Below are positions 15,746 to 24,378 of a stretch of DNA of 64,000 nucleotides, piece by piece. This DNA comes from Eubacteriales bacterium (lineage in GTDB: Bacteria > Bacillota > Clostridia > Oscillospirales > CAG-272): the NCBI GenBank assembly GCA_045535815.1, contig JAZSMJ010000066.1, positions 890 to 64,889 on the forward strand, given 5' to 3'. The number at the start of each line of letters is the position of its first letter. Within the stretch, counting starts at the first letter, position 1. The position numbers were made by a program, and so were the translations under genes. The notes beneath the pieces are model-generated. The model worked only from the letters and a program-made list of their open reading frames with translations, was not told the origin of the DNA and searched no databases.

Positions 15746-16015
15746 ATGAGACACATTATGGAAGAAACATTGAAAGAAGAACTGCGTTTTCTTGCTTTGA
15801 ACACAAGAGATCAACTTGATCTTACCCAAAGCAAGATGGCTGAAAAGCTTGTTATGAGTGTAAACTCATACTCCGATATTGAGACCGGAGCGCATATGTG
15901 CGGAGCATTAACAACGGTCTTACTGTTGGCGGAACAGGAAGATCCTAAATCTATTTTGCAGGAATTTAAAGAGAAGCTTGATAAATTTCGCAAAAAAGAT
16001 ACTAAAGAGACATGA
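15746..16015 (+). CDS. XRE-family HTH protein
   Basis: ...LRFLALNTRDQLDLTQSKMAEKLVMSVNSYSDIETG...; start uncertain (15722/15746/15758); ATGA overlap with the next ORF. Confidence 0.6.
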   Translation: MRHIMEETLKEELRFLALNTRDQLDLTQSKMAEKLVMSVNSYSDIETGAHMCGALTTVLLLAEQEDPKSILQEFKEKLDKFRKKDTKET

Positions 16016-16254
16016 CCGCCGTTACATACGGGATAGTTGAAGAGCGGTATATACTCGGAAATTGTAGTCGTACCTCTTATGGAATTGCAGCCTATGCAAA
16101 TTCGGAAGTTGACGGATCGGCAATTATAGTTGCTTCGGTAAGCGACGTATCCGATAAAAAGCATGAGATGGAAGAACTTGTCCGTCTGTGCAACAGTATG
16201 GACCTTTCTCCAATTCACCTGTATGATGTAGTCGAAGATTTTCTGTCTATGTAA
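16012..16254 (+). CDS. Small conserved protein (DUF6514-like by recollection), translationally coupled to the XRE gene
   Basis: 80 aa, ...RTSYGIAAY...LSPIHLYDVVEDFL. Confidence 0.45.
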   Translation: MTAVTYGIVEERYILGNCSRTSYGIAAYANSEVDGSAIIVASVSDVSDKKHEMEELVRLCNSMDLSPIHLYDVVEDFLSM

Positions 16255-16315
16255 GATAGAATAAAAAGCACTAAAAATACAATGAAAGGAAAATCCAAAC
16301 ACAATCACACGTTTT

Positions 16316-16345
16316 CCTCCGAGCGTAATCGCTCGGAGGTTTTTC
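16316..16345 (+). terminator. Rho-independent terminator
   Basis: CCTCCGAGCG-TAAT-CGCTCGGAGG followed by TTTTT. Confidence 0.7.
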
Positions 16346-16396
16346 GTTCGTTGCTTTTTAGTTTGAGCTTTTTCGACAAACAATTACTTCCTTATA

Positions 16397-16426
16397 TTGA
16401 CAAATAGTTAGTTATTATGATACAAT
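16397..16426 (+). promoter_or_regulatory. Putative promoter of the ACP/FkbH-like operon
   Basis: TTGACA (16397-16402), 18-nt spacer, TGaTACAAT. The operator-like CATAGAATTATA follows at 16472-16483. Confidence 0.4.
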
Positions 16427-16530
16427 TAATTGTAGAAACATCGCAAATTTATAGTTAATAAGTCTATAATACATAGAATTATACTTTTGGAAATATCGAA
16501 TTATGAGAATGAACAAGCGAGGAATGTGCA

Positions 16531-16788
16531 ATGAAAAAAATAACAAAAGAGAACGTATTGTGTGTGCTTAACGAAACAATTGAAGAAATAAAAATAACCG
16601 AAGAATGCATGGATGTTGATTTAACTCAACTTGGGCTTGACTCTATTCTTTTTATAAAGACTATCGTAGCTCTTGAAGAAGAATTTGAAGTTGAGGTGCC
16701 CGACTCAAAATTGCTGATTGCTGAAATGAATACAGCACAAAAAATATGGGATGTACTGAAAGAGCTTACATCAGAAGGAGATCAATAA
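16531..16788 (+). CDS. Acyl carrier protein
   Basis: 85 aa with phosphopantetheine-attachment motif LGLDSILFIK. Confidence 0.8.
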   Translation: MKKITKENVLCVLNETIEEIKITEECMDVDLTQLGLDSILFIKTIVALEEEFEVEVPDSKLLIAEMNTAQKIWDVLKELTSEGDQ

Positions 16789-18341
16789 TGAATCGTTTTG
16801 TTATTACATCCAATATATGCTTTGAGCCGTATCTGCGACGTTCGCTTGAAGAAAGATATGGCAGCAATATAAAGCTTTCGTCGGTACCGTTGGCAGAGCT
16901 GCAAGATAATACTCATTATGAAACACTCTGCAGTGCAGATTACATAATTGTTATAATAAACCTCGAAGAACGGTTTCCGAATTTGACAGATGGCTTAAGA
17001 TGCGGCATTTTTTCTGCGGATGAAATCGTCGGTATAATGGAGGCTGAATGCAAAACTACCATTGCTTATCTTACAAAAACAACATCAGCACCGATTTTTT
17101 TGTTTTCTTTTGAGGATTACGGAATCAGAGAGAGACCTCTGTTTGGCTCGGTCTTATATCTTGACGGTCTTGTCGGAAGATTGAATGAAATGCTGTTTGC
17201 TTTGAAAACAGATAACATTACTTTCTTTGATATGCAATACATTATTGCACGTGTCGGAATGGCAAACTCATATGATATACGCGGAAAATATCGTTGGAAT
17301 GCTCCGTATTCGAAAGAAATGATATCGGATATGGTAGCCGAAATTGATCGCCATATCAGAACTTTAAACAGTGAGACAAAAAAATGCATTGTAGTCGATT
17401 GCGATAATGTGCTTTGGGGCGGTATTATCTCGGAAGATGGCATAGAAAGAATCAAGCTTGACAGCAGTGGTCTTGGCAGAGAATATCAGGATTTTCAGCG
17501 TTATCTTAAGCTCATGTATGACTATGGAATCATAATTGCTGTTTGCAGTAAGAATGATCAGGTTGACGTTATGCGGATGTTTCGTGAGCACAATGCGATG
17601 ATTTTGCGCGAGGAACACATTTCAAGCTTCCGTGTGAATTGGCAAAGCAAAGCTGAGAATATAAAGGAAATAGCGGCCGAGTTGAATATCGGGCTGGAGA
17701 GCATGGTGTTTGTTGATGATTCGGAATTTGAAGTGAATTCGGTTCGTGCGTTGCTGCCGGAGGTTACTTCTATATTATATAATAGGAAGACGATAATGTC
17801 TGACATGGCAGAATGTATAGGGCTGAGCGATAGAGTGCCAAATCAAAATGCTTTGGAACGTCAGAATACATATTTAACAAATAGAAAACGGGAGCAGTTG
17901 CGTGCAGAATGCTCGTCGTTTGATGAATATCTGAATTCTCTTGAGATGAAAATCGATATCCATATTGCCGATAACTCGGAGCTTAACCGTATCTCCGAGC
18001 TCACGCAGAGAGCAAATCAATGCACAAACGGTGTGCGTTGCTCAGTGAATGATTTGAAAGCTTATATTGCAAACGGCGGAAGTTTGTATGCCGTATATGT
18101 AACTGATAAATATTCCGATTTAGGCTTGGTTGGCGCTATCGGAATGAAGGGAGAGCGCCTTTGTTTGTTTGTTCTTTCCTGCCGTGCGCTAGGCAGAAAA
18201 ATCGAAGATGCTATGCTTGATTTTACAAACAAGTGTTGTGTACGTGAGGTCGTTTTTTCCGATACCGATAAAAACAAAGAGCTTTCGGATATGTTATCGA
18301 GAAACAGTCTGAGAATATTGTTGAATAGCTCGCCTTTTTAA
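16788..18341 (+). CDS. FkbH-like HAD-IIIC phosphatase/acyl-loading enzyme with GNAT-like C-terminus
   Basis: Start overlaps the ACP stop (TAATG). HAD motif VVDCDNVLWGG; ...AVCSKND...; ...VFVDDS... Confidence 0.75.
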   Translation: MNRFVITSNICFEPYLRRSLEERYGSNIKLSSVPLAELQDNTHYETLCSADYIIVIINLEERFPNLTDGLRCGIFSADEIVGIMEAECKTTIAYLTKTTSAPIFLFSFEDYGIRERPLFGSVLYLDGLVGRLNEMLFALKTDNITFFDMQYIIARVGMANSYDIRGKYRWNAPYSKEMISDMVAEIDRHIRTLNSETKKCIVVDCDNVLWGGIISEDGIERIKLDSSGLGREYQDFQRYLKLMYDYGIIIAVCSKNDQVDVMRMFREHNAMILREEHISSFRVNWQSKAENIKEIAAELNIGLESMVFVDDSEFEVNSVRALLPEVTSILYNRKTIMSDMAECIGLSDRVPNQNALERQNTYLTNRKREQLRAECSSFDEYLNSLEMKIDIHIADNSELNRISELTQRANQCTNGVRCSVNDLKAYIANGGSLYAVYVTDKYSDLGLVGAIGMKGERLCLFVLSCRALGRKIEDAMLDFTNKCCVREVVFSDTDKNKELSDMLSRNSLRILLNSSPF

Positions 18342-18455
18342 AAAGCAAAGAATGAAAATTGAAAAAAGGCTTTACAAAATTGATTATATGGTATATAATA
18401 GTTACATCATATCGCTTTAGCATGATAAATTAACAACGCAAAGGATGAATTTGAC

Positions 18456-19268
18456 ATGAAAAAGATCATTGCTTTGGTGCTCGCACTTTTGACGGTTGCA
18501 TTCTGCTTCGCTTCGTGCGGTGACACCGCTGTTCAGACAGTTTTTGAACCCACAGGAGAGGTTAAAGGCTCTCTCAAGCTCGGATTTGACTCCGAATATC
18601 CGCCCTACGGCTACCTCGATACCGAAAAGAATGAGTATGCAGGATTTGACATCGAATCCGCAAAGGCAGTTTGTGACTATCTCGGTTACACACTTACTCT
18701 CGTTCCGATCGATTGGAACTCCAAGGATATGGAGCTTGAGGCAGGCAATATCGACTGCATCTGGAACGGCTTTACAATAAACGGACGTGAAGATCAGTAC
18801 CAGTGGAGCGTTCCTTACGTTGATAACTCCATCGTCGTTCTCACAGCTGCCGATTCCGGCATAAACGCAGTTGCTGACCTTGCAGGCAAGATCATCACGG
18901 TTCAGGCAGGCTCTTCGGGACAGAGTGCTCTTGATAAGAACGCAGAGCTTGTTGCAAGCCTTGCTGACGGCAAGTATCTCACATGCGCTAACTACACAAC
19001 TGCTTTCCAGGAACTCAAGACCGGTGCGGTTGAGGCTGTTATAGTTGATATCGGCGTTGCTAAGTACCTCATCGAGGGTACTGAAGGCTACGTTATCCTT
19101 GACGAAGCAGTTTCCTCCGAGCAGTACGGTATCGGCTTCCTTAAGGGCAATACCGAGCTTTGCAAGACAATAGAGGATGCGTTCCTTCACCTTGCAAACA
19201 ATACCGACACTATAGCTAAGCTCGCTGAAAAGTACGAAATTACAGACGCAGTTACGGTCGGTAAGTAA
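18456..19268 (+). CDS. Amino-acid ABC transporter substrate-binding lipoprotein
   Basis: Lipobox FASC; family-3 SBP pattern ...PPYGY...GFDIE...IDCIWNGFTI... Confidence 0.85.
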   Translation: MKKIIALVLALLTVAFCFASCGDTAVQTVFEPTGEVKGSLKLGFDSEYPPYGYLDTEKNEYAGFDIESAKAVCDYLGYTLTLVPIDWNSKDMELEAGNIDCIWNGFTINGREDQYQWSVPYVDNSIVVLTAADSGINAVADLAGKIITVQAGSSGQSALDKNAELVASLADGKYLTCANYTTAFQELKTGAVEAVIVDIGVAKYLIEGTEGYVILDEAVSSEQYGIGFLKGNTELCKTIEDAFLHLANNTDTIAKLAEKYEITDAVTVGK

Positions 19269-19348
19269 TTTTAATAAGGTCAAAAGGATGAATCGCTGTG
19301 CCGTTTCATAAACGGTACAGCGTTTCGTTTAACGGGAGCACTTATAAG

Positions 19349-20017
19349 ATGTCAAACATAATGGAAATATTGAATCTGCTGGTGGGCGGAATGTGGGTAT
19401 CGCTTCAGATATTCTTTTTTACGCTTTTGTTTTCTCTTCCGCTCGGCTTTCTGATTTGCTTCGGCAGACAATCGAAAAATATAATAATCAGCACGCTTTT
19501 CCGCATCTACATATCCATCATGCGCGGAACTCCGCTTATGCTTCAGCTGTTTGTCGTGTATTACGCACCCTTCTATCTTTTCGGAATAAAGCTGAGTGTA
19601 TTCGGACCCAATTACCGTTTGATAGCCGTGCTTATTGGCTTCGTTTTGAATTACGCCGCATATTTTGCCGAGATATATCGCTCGGGTATTGAATCTATGC
19701 CTCAGGGTCAGTATGAGGCAAGCCGTGTTCTCGGATATAACAAGGCTCAGACCTTTTTCGTTATAATACTTCCGCAGGTCATAAAAAGAATAATGCCTAC
19801 CGTCACAAACGAGGTCATTACCCTCATCAAGGATACCTCGCTTGCGTATACGATAGGCGTTATCGAGATGTTTACAAAGGCTAAGCAGATATCTGCCGAT
19901 GACTCCAATCTTACCGCCCTCGTGATAGCCGGCGTGGTGTATTACATCTTCAACTTTATAGTTGCCTTCGTCATGGAAAAGATTGAAAAACGAATGAGCT
20001 ATTACAGCATCAAATAA
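19349..20017 (+). CDS. Amino-acid ABC transporter permease
   Basis: His/Glu/Gln/Arg-type permease; EAA-like region ...QYEASRVLGYNKAQTFFVIILPQ... Confidence 0.85.
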   Translation: MSNIMEILNLLVGGMWVSLQIFFFTLLFSLPLGFLICFGRQSKNIIISTLFRIYISIMRGTPLMLQLFVVYYAPFYLFGIKLSVFGPNYRLIAVLIGFVLNYAAYFAEIYRSGIESMPQGQYEASRVLGYNKAQTFFVIILPQVIKRIMPTVTNEVITLIKDTSLAYTIGVIEMFTKAKQISADDSNLTALVIAGVVYYIFNFIVAFVMEKIEKRMSYYSIK

Positions 20018-20027
20018 GGAGGACGGT

Positions 20028-20789
20028 ATGAGTATTCTTACAGCAACGGGAATAAAAAAGGCTTTTATAGCCGGCAAAGACGTTCTCCGTGACATATCCT
20101 TTTCTATGGAAAAGGGAGATGTGCTTTCGATAATCGGATCGTCGGGATCGGGAAAATCCACACTTTTGCGCTGTATAACGCAGCTTGAAACGGTTGATCT
20201 TGGCGAGATAGTTATAAACGGCAGAACGCTGGTGCGCAGTGAAAACGGAAAGGCTGTATATGCGGATAAAAAAGAGCTCAAGCTTATTCAGCAGAGCGTC
20301 GGAATGGTATTTCAGTCGTTCAATCTGTTTCCTCATTTTACAGTTCTTCGCAATATAACCGATGCTCCGAGAAGGGTATTCGGTGTGCCTAAGGAGGAAG
20401 CTGAGGCACAGGCGATGGAGATCCTTTCAAAGATGGATCTTGCCGATAAGGCAAAGTCCTATCCGTGCGAATTATCGGGCGGCCAGCAGCAGAGAGTTGC
20501 TATTGCGAGAGCGCTAGCCCTTAGGCCCGATATAATCTGCTTTGACGAGCCTACGAGTGCGCTTGACCCCGAGCTTACGGGCGAGGTGCTCAAGGTCATA
20601 AGAGACCTCAAAAAAGCAGGGCATACCATGATAGTGGTAACTCACGAGATGGAATTTGCAAGAAGCGTTTCCGACTACGTTATATTTATGGCAGACGGAA
20701 TAATAGAGGAGCAGGGAACTCCCGAGGAGGTCTTCGGAAATCCCAGATCAGAGCGTGCAAGGGCGTTCCTTTCACGCATTACGAATTGA
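20028..20789 (+). CDS. Amino-acid ABC transporter ATP-binding protein
   Basis: Walker A GSSGSGKST; signature LSGGQQQR; Walker B IICFDEPTSALD. Confidence 0.9.
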   Translation: MSILTATGIKKAFIAGKDVLRDISFSMEKGDVLSIIGSSGSGKSTLLRCITQLETVDLGEIVINGRTLVRSENGKAVYADKKELKLIQQSVGMVFQSFNLFPHFTVLRNITDAPRRVFGVPKEEAEAQAMEILSKMDLADKAKSYPCELSGGQQQRVAIARALALRPDIICFDEPTSALDPELTGEVLKVIRDLKKAGHTMIVVTHEMEFARSVSDYVIFMADGIIEEQGTPEEVFGNPRSERARAFLSRITN

Positions 20790-20796
20790 CAGATAA

Positions 20797-20829
20797 AGTC
20801 TTATCCATTATCGGATAAGGCTTTTTTTG
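20797..20829 (+). terminator. Terminator of the ABC operon
   Basis: CTTATCC / GGATAAG stem followed by CTTTTTTTG. Confidence 0.6.
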
Positions 20830-20831
20830 CA

Positions 20832-21035
20832 TCATTTGCGGTCTGCAGTACCTATATCCGTAAACATACCCACTATGCGTCTGTCGGGCATTGAAAATCT
20901 CTGATTGAGATATCTCATCGAAGCGCCAAGCTCACCGTCGGGTCCGCCGAGCTGGCTTATAATGACTTTAGCGAGAGCAGGATTGGGATTTTTTATTTTG
21001 ACGGGGAATTCAAGATTTTTCTGATATATCCACAT
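20832..21035 (-). pseudogene. cotJC: cotJC (Mn-catalase-family spore coat protein) truncated to 67 codons
   Basis: MWIYQKNLEFPVKIKNPNPALAKVIISQLGGPDGELGASMRYLNQRFSMPDRRIVGMFTDIGT matches the CotJC N-terminus. Full-length CotJC is ~190 aa; this frame ends ...ADRK*. Confidence 0.75.
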
Positions 21036-21038
21036 AAC

Positions 21039-21302
21039 TTATACGCACCTTTCTTCAAGTTCCCAGGGCCATGGGGTCTTTACCCAGTCCCAATTTTCAT
21101 CCGTACCGTAAACGGTAAGCGGACCGTATTTCTTTTCGTATTCGTTAACTGCATATCCGAGCTGCTCACGCTGACGCTTGAAATATTCGAGAGCCTTTTT
21201 GCAGTGGGGATGTCCGTCGAGATAGAGCGATGCCTCGATTACCGTGAAATTAAGCTCCTGAATAAGTCTTAAAGCCTTTTCCTTTTCATTATACGATATC
21301 AT
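21039..21302 (-). CDS. cotJB: Spore coat protein CotJB
   Basis: ...LIQELNFTVIEASLYLDGHPHCKKALEYF... typical of CotJB. Confidence 0.8.
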   Translation of the reverse strand: MISYNEKEKALRLIQELNFTVIEASLYLDGHPHCKKALEYFKRQREQLGYAVNEYEKKYGPLTVYGTDENWDWVKTPWPWELEERCV

Positions 21303-21493
21303 CTGCAGCAGCCTCCGTTTCCCGATCCGTAAAAGGGCTTATCAAGGTCCTTGAAGATTGTTCCCTTGATAAGAGCGTTTTTGCAGTCAAAAAGATCGGC
21401 AAATTCCTGATGCGGACCGTATACCATCGCAAGAGAGGGATATCTGCATCCGGTGTAGCCTTCAGACGACACAGTCTTTCTTTCGTACTCCAT
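21299..21493 (-). CDS. cotJA: Spore coat-associated protein CotJA
   Basis: Preferred start MEYERK; ...YPSLAMVYGPHQEFADLFDCKNALIKGTIFKDLDKPF... pattern; overlaps the cotJB start. Confidence 0.65.
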   Translation of the reverse strand: MEYERKTVSSEGYTGCRYPSLAMVYGPHQEFADLFDCKNALIKGTIFKDLDKPFYGSGNGGCCR

Positions 21494-21921
21494 GTGATAG
21501 GATCCTTTCGTGTTTATTATCTCTTTTTTAGTAATAAGTGAACACATGCTGTGTTCACGAACACCTACTGTGTTCACTATTTATGATATGCAGACCGTTC
21601 TTTTGTTGATAAAATATGCCATACCTGAAAAAATAGATGAAAAAAAGGACAAAAAATAGTGTATTTTGAATATTTACAAAACGGTACGGTTTGTGTATAA
21701 TATATAGGCAACAACAGCACGACAGTCGGATTTACTTTTGGAATATCAAACTCATGATAAGCTCGCAACAGTAAACCCTCTGTTGTGTTTTTTTTTACTT
21801 ATTCATAAAATATTAAAGTATAATTAAAGCTAAAAACATTTGATTATATTGTAAATATATGTTATAATGTATATTAACGTATTTAAGATGGAGAAGTTTT
21901 GCGTGGCGATAGGCCGGGCAA

Positions 21922-24378
21922 ATGATAAGGATTACTATGCTCAGATATACAGAATCAGCAATGCAGCTTACGCTTCCGGTCGTTCCGATGACCGGTATAG
22001 TGGCTTTCCCGTCGATACCGATAAGCTTTGAGGTGTCGAATAAAGCCGCAGTTGCCGCTTGCGAAAAGGCAAATGCAGACAGGGGAGATATATTCCTTTT
22101 GACTCAGAAGGATCCGATTGTGTCTGACCCCGAAGCAGAGGATATGTACACGGTAGGTACTGCCGCAAAGATAAAACAGTTTATAAAGCTTCCCGAGGGC
22201 AATATCAGAATCATTGCAGAGGGATATTGCAGAGGAACCGTTCTCACTATGGATAAGGTTGACGGTGTTTTCGTTGCCGATATAATGAGTAAAACGGTCA
22301 ATCTCGGAAGCGGTGGAGTTCGTGAGGAGGCTGCAGTCAGAGAGCTGCTTACGCTTTTTGACCGCTTTACAAAGCATCTTCCCAAAATGTCAAACGACCT
22401 TGTAACAGCAGTAAAGGGAATAAAATCAGCAGGACTGCTTTCCGATTTCATAGCAAGCAACGTGCTCATCAGCTTCAGCGACAAGCAGCTTGTCCTGAAT
22501 GAATATGAGCCGCTTCGCAGAGCGGAGGCTCTTGCCGTTATAATGGAGCGTGAGATAGGCGTTCTTAAGACCGAGCTTCAGATACATCAGAAGGTTCGTG
22601 CCAAGATAGACGCTAATCAGAGAGAATATTATCTCAGAGAACAGCTGAAGGTCATTCAGAGCGAGCTCGGCAATGCAGGCGAGGATAACGAAATAGACGA
22701 GTATTACGAGAAGATAGATGCCGCACATCTTCCGCAGGAGGTTGCGGAAAAGCTTGAGAAGGAAGTTCGTAAGCTTGAAAAAACTCCCTTCAACTCGGCA
22801 GAAAGCTCGGTTATAAGAAGCTATCTTGACACCTGCCTTGAGTTCCCTTGGAGTGCTATGTCAAAGGATACTACCGATATAGCACTTGCGAAAAAGATAC
22901 TCGAGAGAGATCATGACGGACTTGATAAGGTAAAGGAAAGAATTCTCGAATACCTTGCGGTAAAGCAGCTCTCTCCCTCACTTAACAATCAGATAATCTG
23001 CCTTGTTGGCCCTCCCGGCACGGGTAAGACCTCGATAGCAAGATCTATAGCCGATGCGCTCAAGCGCAAGTACGTCAGAGTATCGCTTGGCGGCGTCAGA
23101 GACGAGGCTGATATAAGAGGTCACAGAAAGACTTATATAGGCTCAATGCCCGGACGTATAGTAAACGCCCTTGTGCAAGCGCAGGTACGCAATCCGCTTA
23201 TGCTTCTTGACGAGATAGATAAGCTGACACACGATGCGCACGGAGATCCTGCATCTGCACTTCTGGAGGTGCTTGACTCGGAGCAGAACAAGGCCTTCAG
23301 AGATCATTTTATGGAAATACCCGTAGATCTTTCTGAGTGCGTTTTCATAGCAACTGCCAATACGCTCGATACGGTACCCCGTCCTCTGCTTGACAGAATG
23401 GAGGTAATCGAGCTCAAGATCTACACGAGAAACGAGAAGGCGGCTATTGCCCACAATCATCTCATACCCAAGCAGATGAAGCGTCACGGACTTAACAAGC
23501 GTATGCTTAAGATAAGCGAGGCTGCGGTATACGATATAATCGACTATTATACCCGTGAGGCAGGCGTCAGAAATCTCGAAAGAGAGATAGCAAGTATATG
23601 TCGCCGTGTCGCTAAAATACTCGTTGAGAGCGGCAAAAAGAGCTGCTCGGTAACTCCTTCAAATCTGAAGGAATTTCTCGGCAGAAGAAAGATAAAGCCC
23701 GAGAGAATAGCAGACAAAAACGAGATAGGCGTTGTCAACGGAATGGCGTATACCGAGCTTGGAGGAGAGCTTCTTCAGATCGAGGTAGCGGCAGTTCCCG
23801 GAAGCGGAAAGATAGAGCTTACCGGTTCTCTCGGAGACGTTATGAAGGAATCGGCAAAGACGGCTATAAGCTGTGTAAGAGCTATATCCGAAAGACTCGG
23901 AATAGACCCTGATTTTTATAAGAACAAGGATATACATATCCATGCCCCCGAGGGAGTAGTTCCCAAGGACGGACCATCTGCAGGCGTTACTATGACGAGC
24001 GCACTTGTCAGCGAGCTGACAGGCATACCGGTCAGACGTGACGTTGCTATGACGGGTGAGATAACCCTGAGAGGCAGAGTGCTTCCGATAGGCGGTCTTA
24101 AGGAAAAGACAATGGCTGCTTATATGGCAGGATGCAAGACTATTCTCATCCCCCGTGATAACGAGGATGATTTAGATGACGTTGACCCTGTAGTAAAGGA
24201 AAACGTCAGATTCGTGCTCTGCTCGACCATACACGACGTGCTCGACGAGACTCTTGAAGACAGATGCGAGAGTGTGTACGGTATGGGTGAGGTCAAGGAT
24301 GAGATAAAATATATACCGGATATGGTCGGTATAAACGATAAGAGCGAAAGCGTTAGGATGTGTGATGGTGAAGCTTAA
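21922..24378 (+). CDS. lon: ATP-dependent Lon protease
   Basis: LON N-domain; AAA+ GPPGTGKTS; protease domain ...PKDGPSAGVTM... The start may instead be the internal Met at 21961. Confidence 0.9.
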   Translation: MIRITMLRYTESAMQLTLPVVPMTGIVAFPSIPISFEVSNKAAVAACEKANADRGDIFLLTQKDPIVSDPEAEDMYTVGTAAKIKQFIKLPEGNIRIIAEGYCRGTVLTMDKVDGVFVADIMSKTVNLGSGGVREEAAVRELLTLFDRFTKHLPKMSNDLVTAVKGIKSAGLLSDFIASNVLISFSDKQLVLNEYEPLRRAEALAVIMEREIGVLKTELQIHQKVRAKIDANQREYYLREQLKVIQSELGNAGEDNEIDEYYEKIDAAHLPQEVAEKLEKEVRKLEKTPFNSAESSVIRSYLDTCLEFPWSAMSKDTTDIALAKKILERDHDGLDKVKERILEYLAVKQLSPSLNNQIICLVGPPGTGKTSIARSIADALKRKYVRVSLGGVRDEADIRGHRKTYIGSMPGRIVNALVQAQVRNPLMLLDEIDKLTHDAHGDPASALLEVLDSEQNKAFRDHFMEIPVDLSECVFIATANTLDTVPRPLLDRMEVIELKIYTRNEKAAIAHNHLIPKQMKRHGLNKRMLKISEAAVYDIIDYYTREAGVRNLEREIASICRRVAKILVESGKKSCSVTPSNLKEFLGRRKIKPERIADKNEIGVVNGMAYTELGGELLQIEVAAVPGSGKIELTGSLGDVMKESAKTAISCVRAISERLGIDPDFYKNKDIHIHAPEGVVPKDGPSAGVTMTSALVSELTGIPVRRDVAMTGEITLRGRVLPIGGLKEKTMAAYMAGCKTILIPRDNEDDLDDVDPVVKENVRFVLCSTIHDVLDETLEDRCESVYGMGEVKDEIKYIPDMVGINDKSESVRMCDGEA

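Noticed and set aside
18417-20281. Long minus-strand ORFs 18417-19283 (288 aa) and 19352-20281 (309 aa)
   Set aside because: They lie antisense to the well-supported ABC transporter genes (SBP, permease, ATPase). They have low-complexity, Cys/Arg-rich translations and no RBS, so they look like shadow ORFs of GC-richer coding DNA.
21577-21768. 63-aa minus-strand ORF upstream of cotJA
   Set aside because: It has no RBS, an AT-rich promoter-like sequence and an implausible Phe/Tyr/Cys-rich composition.
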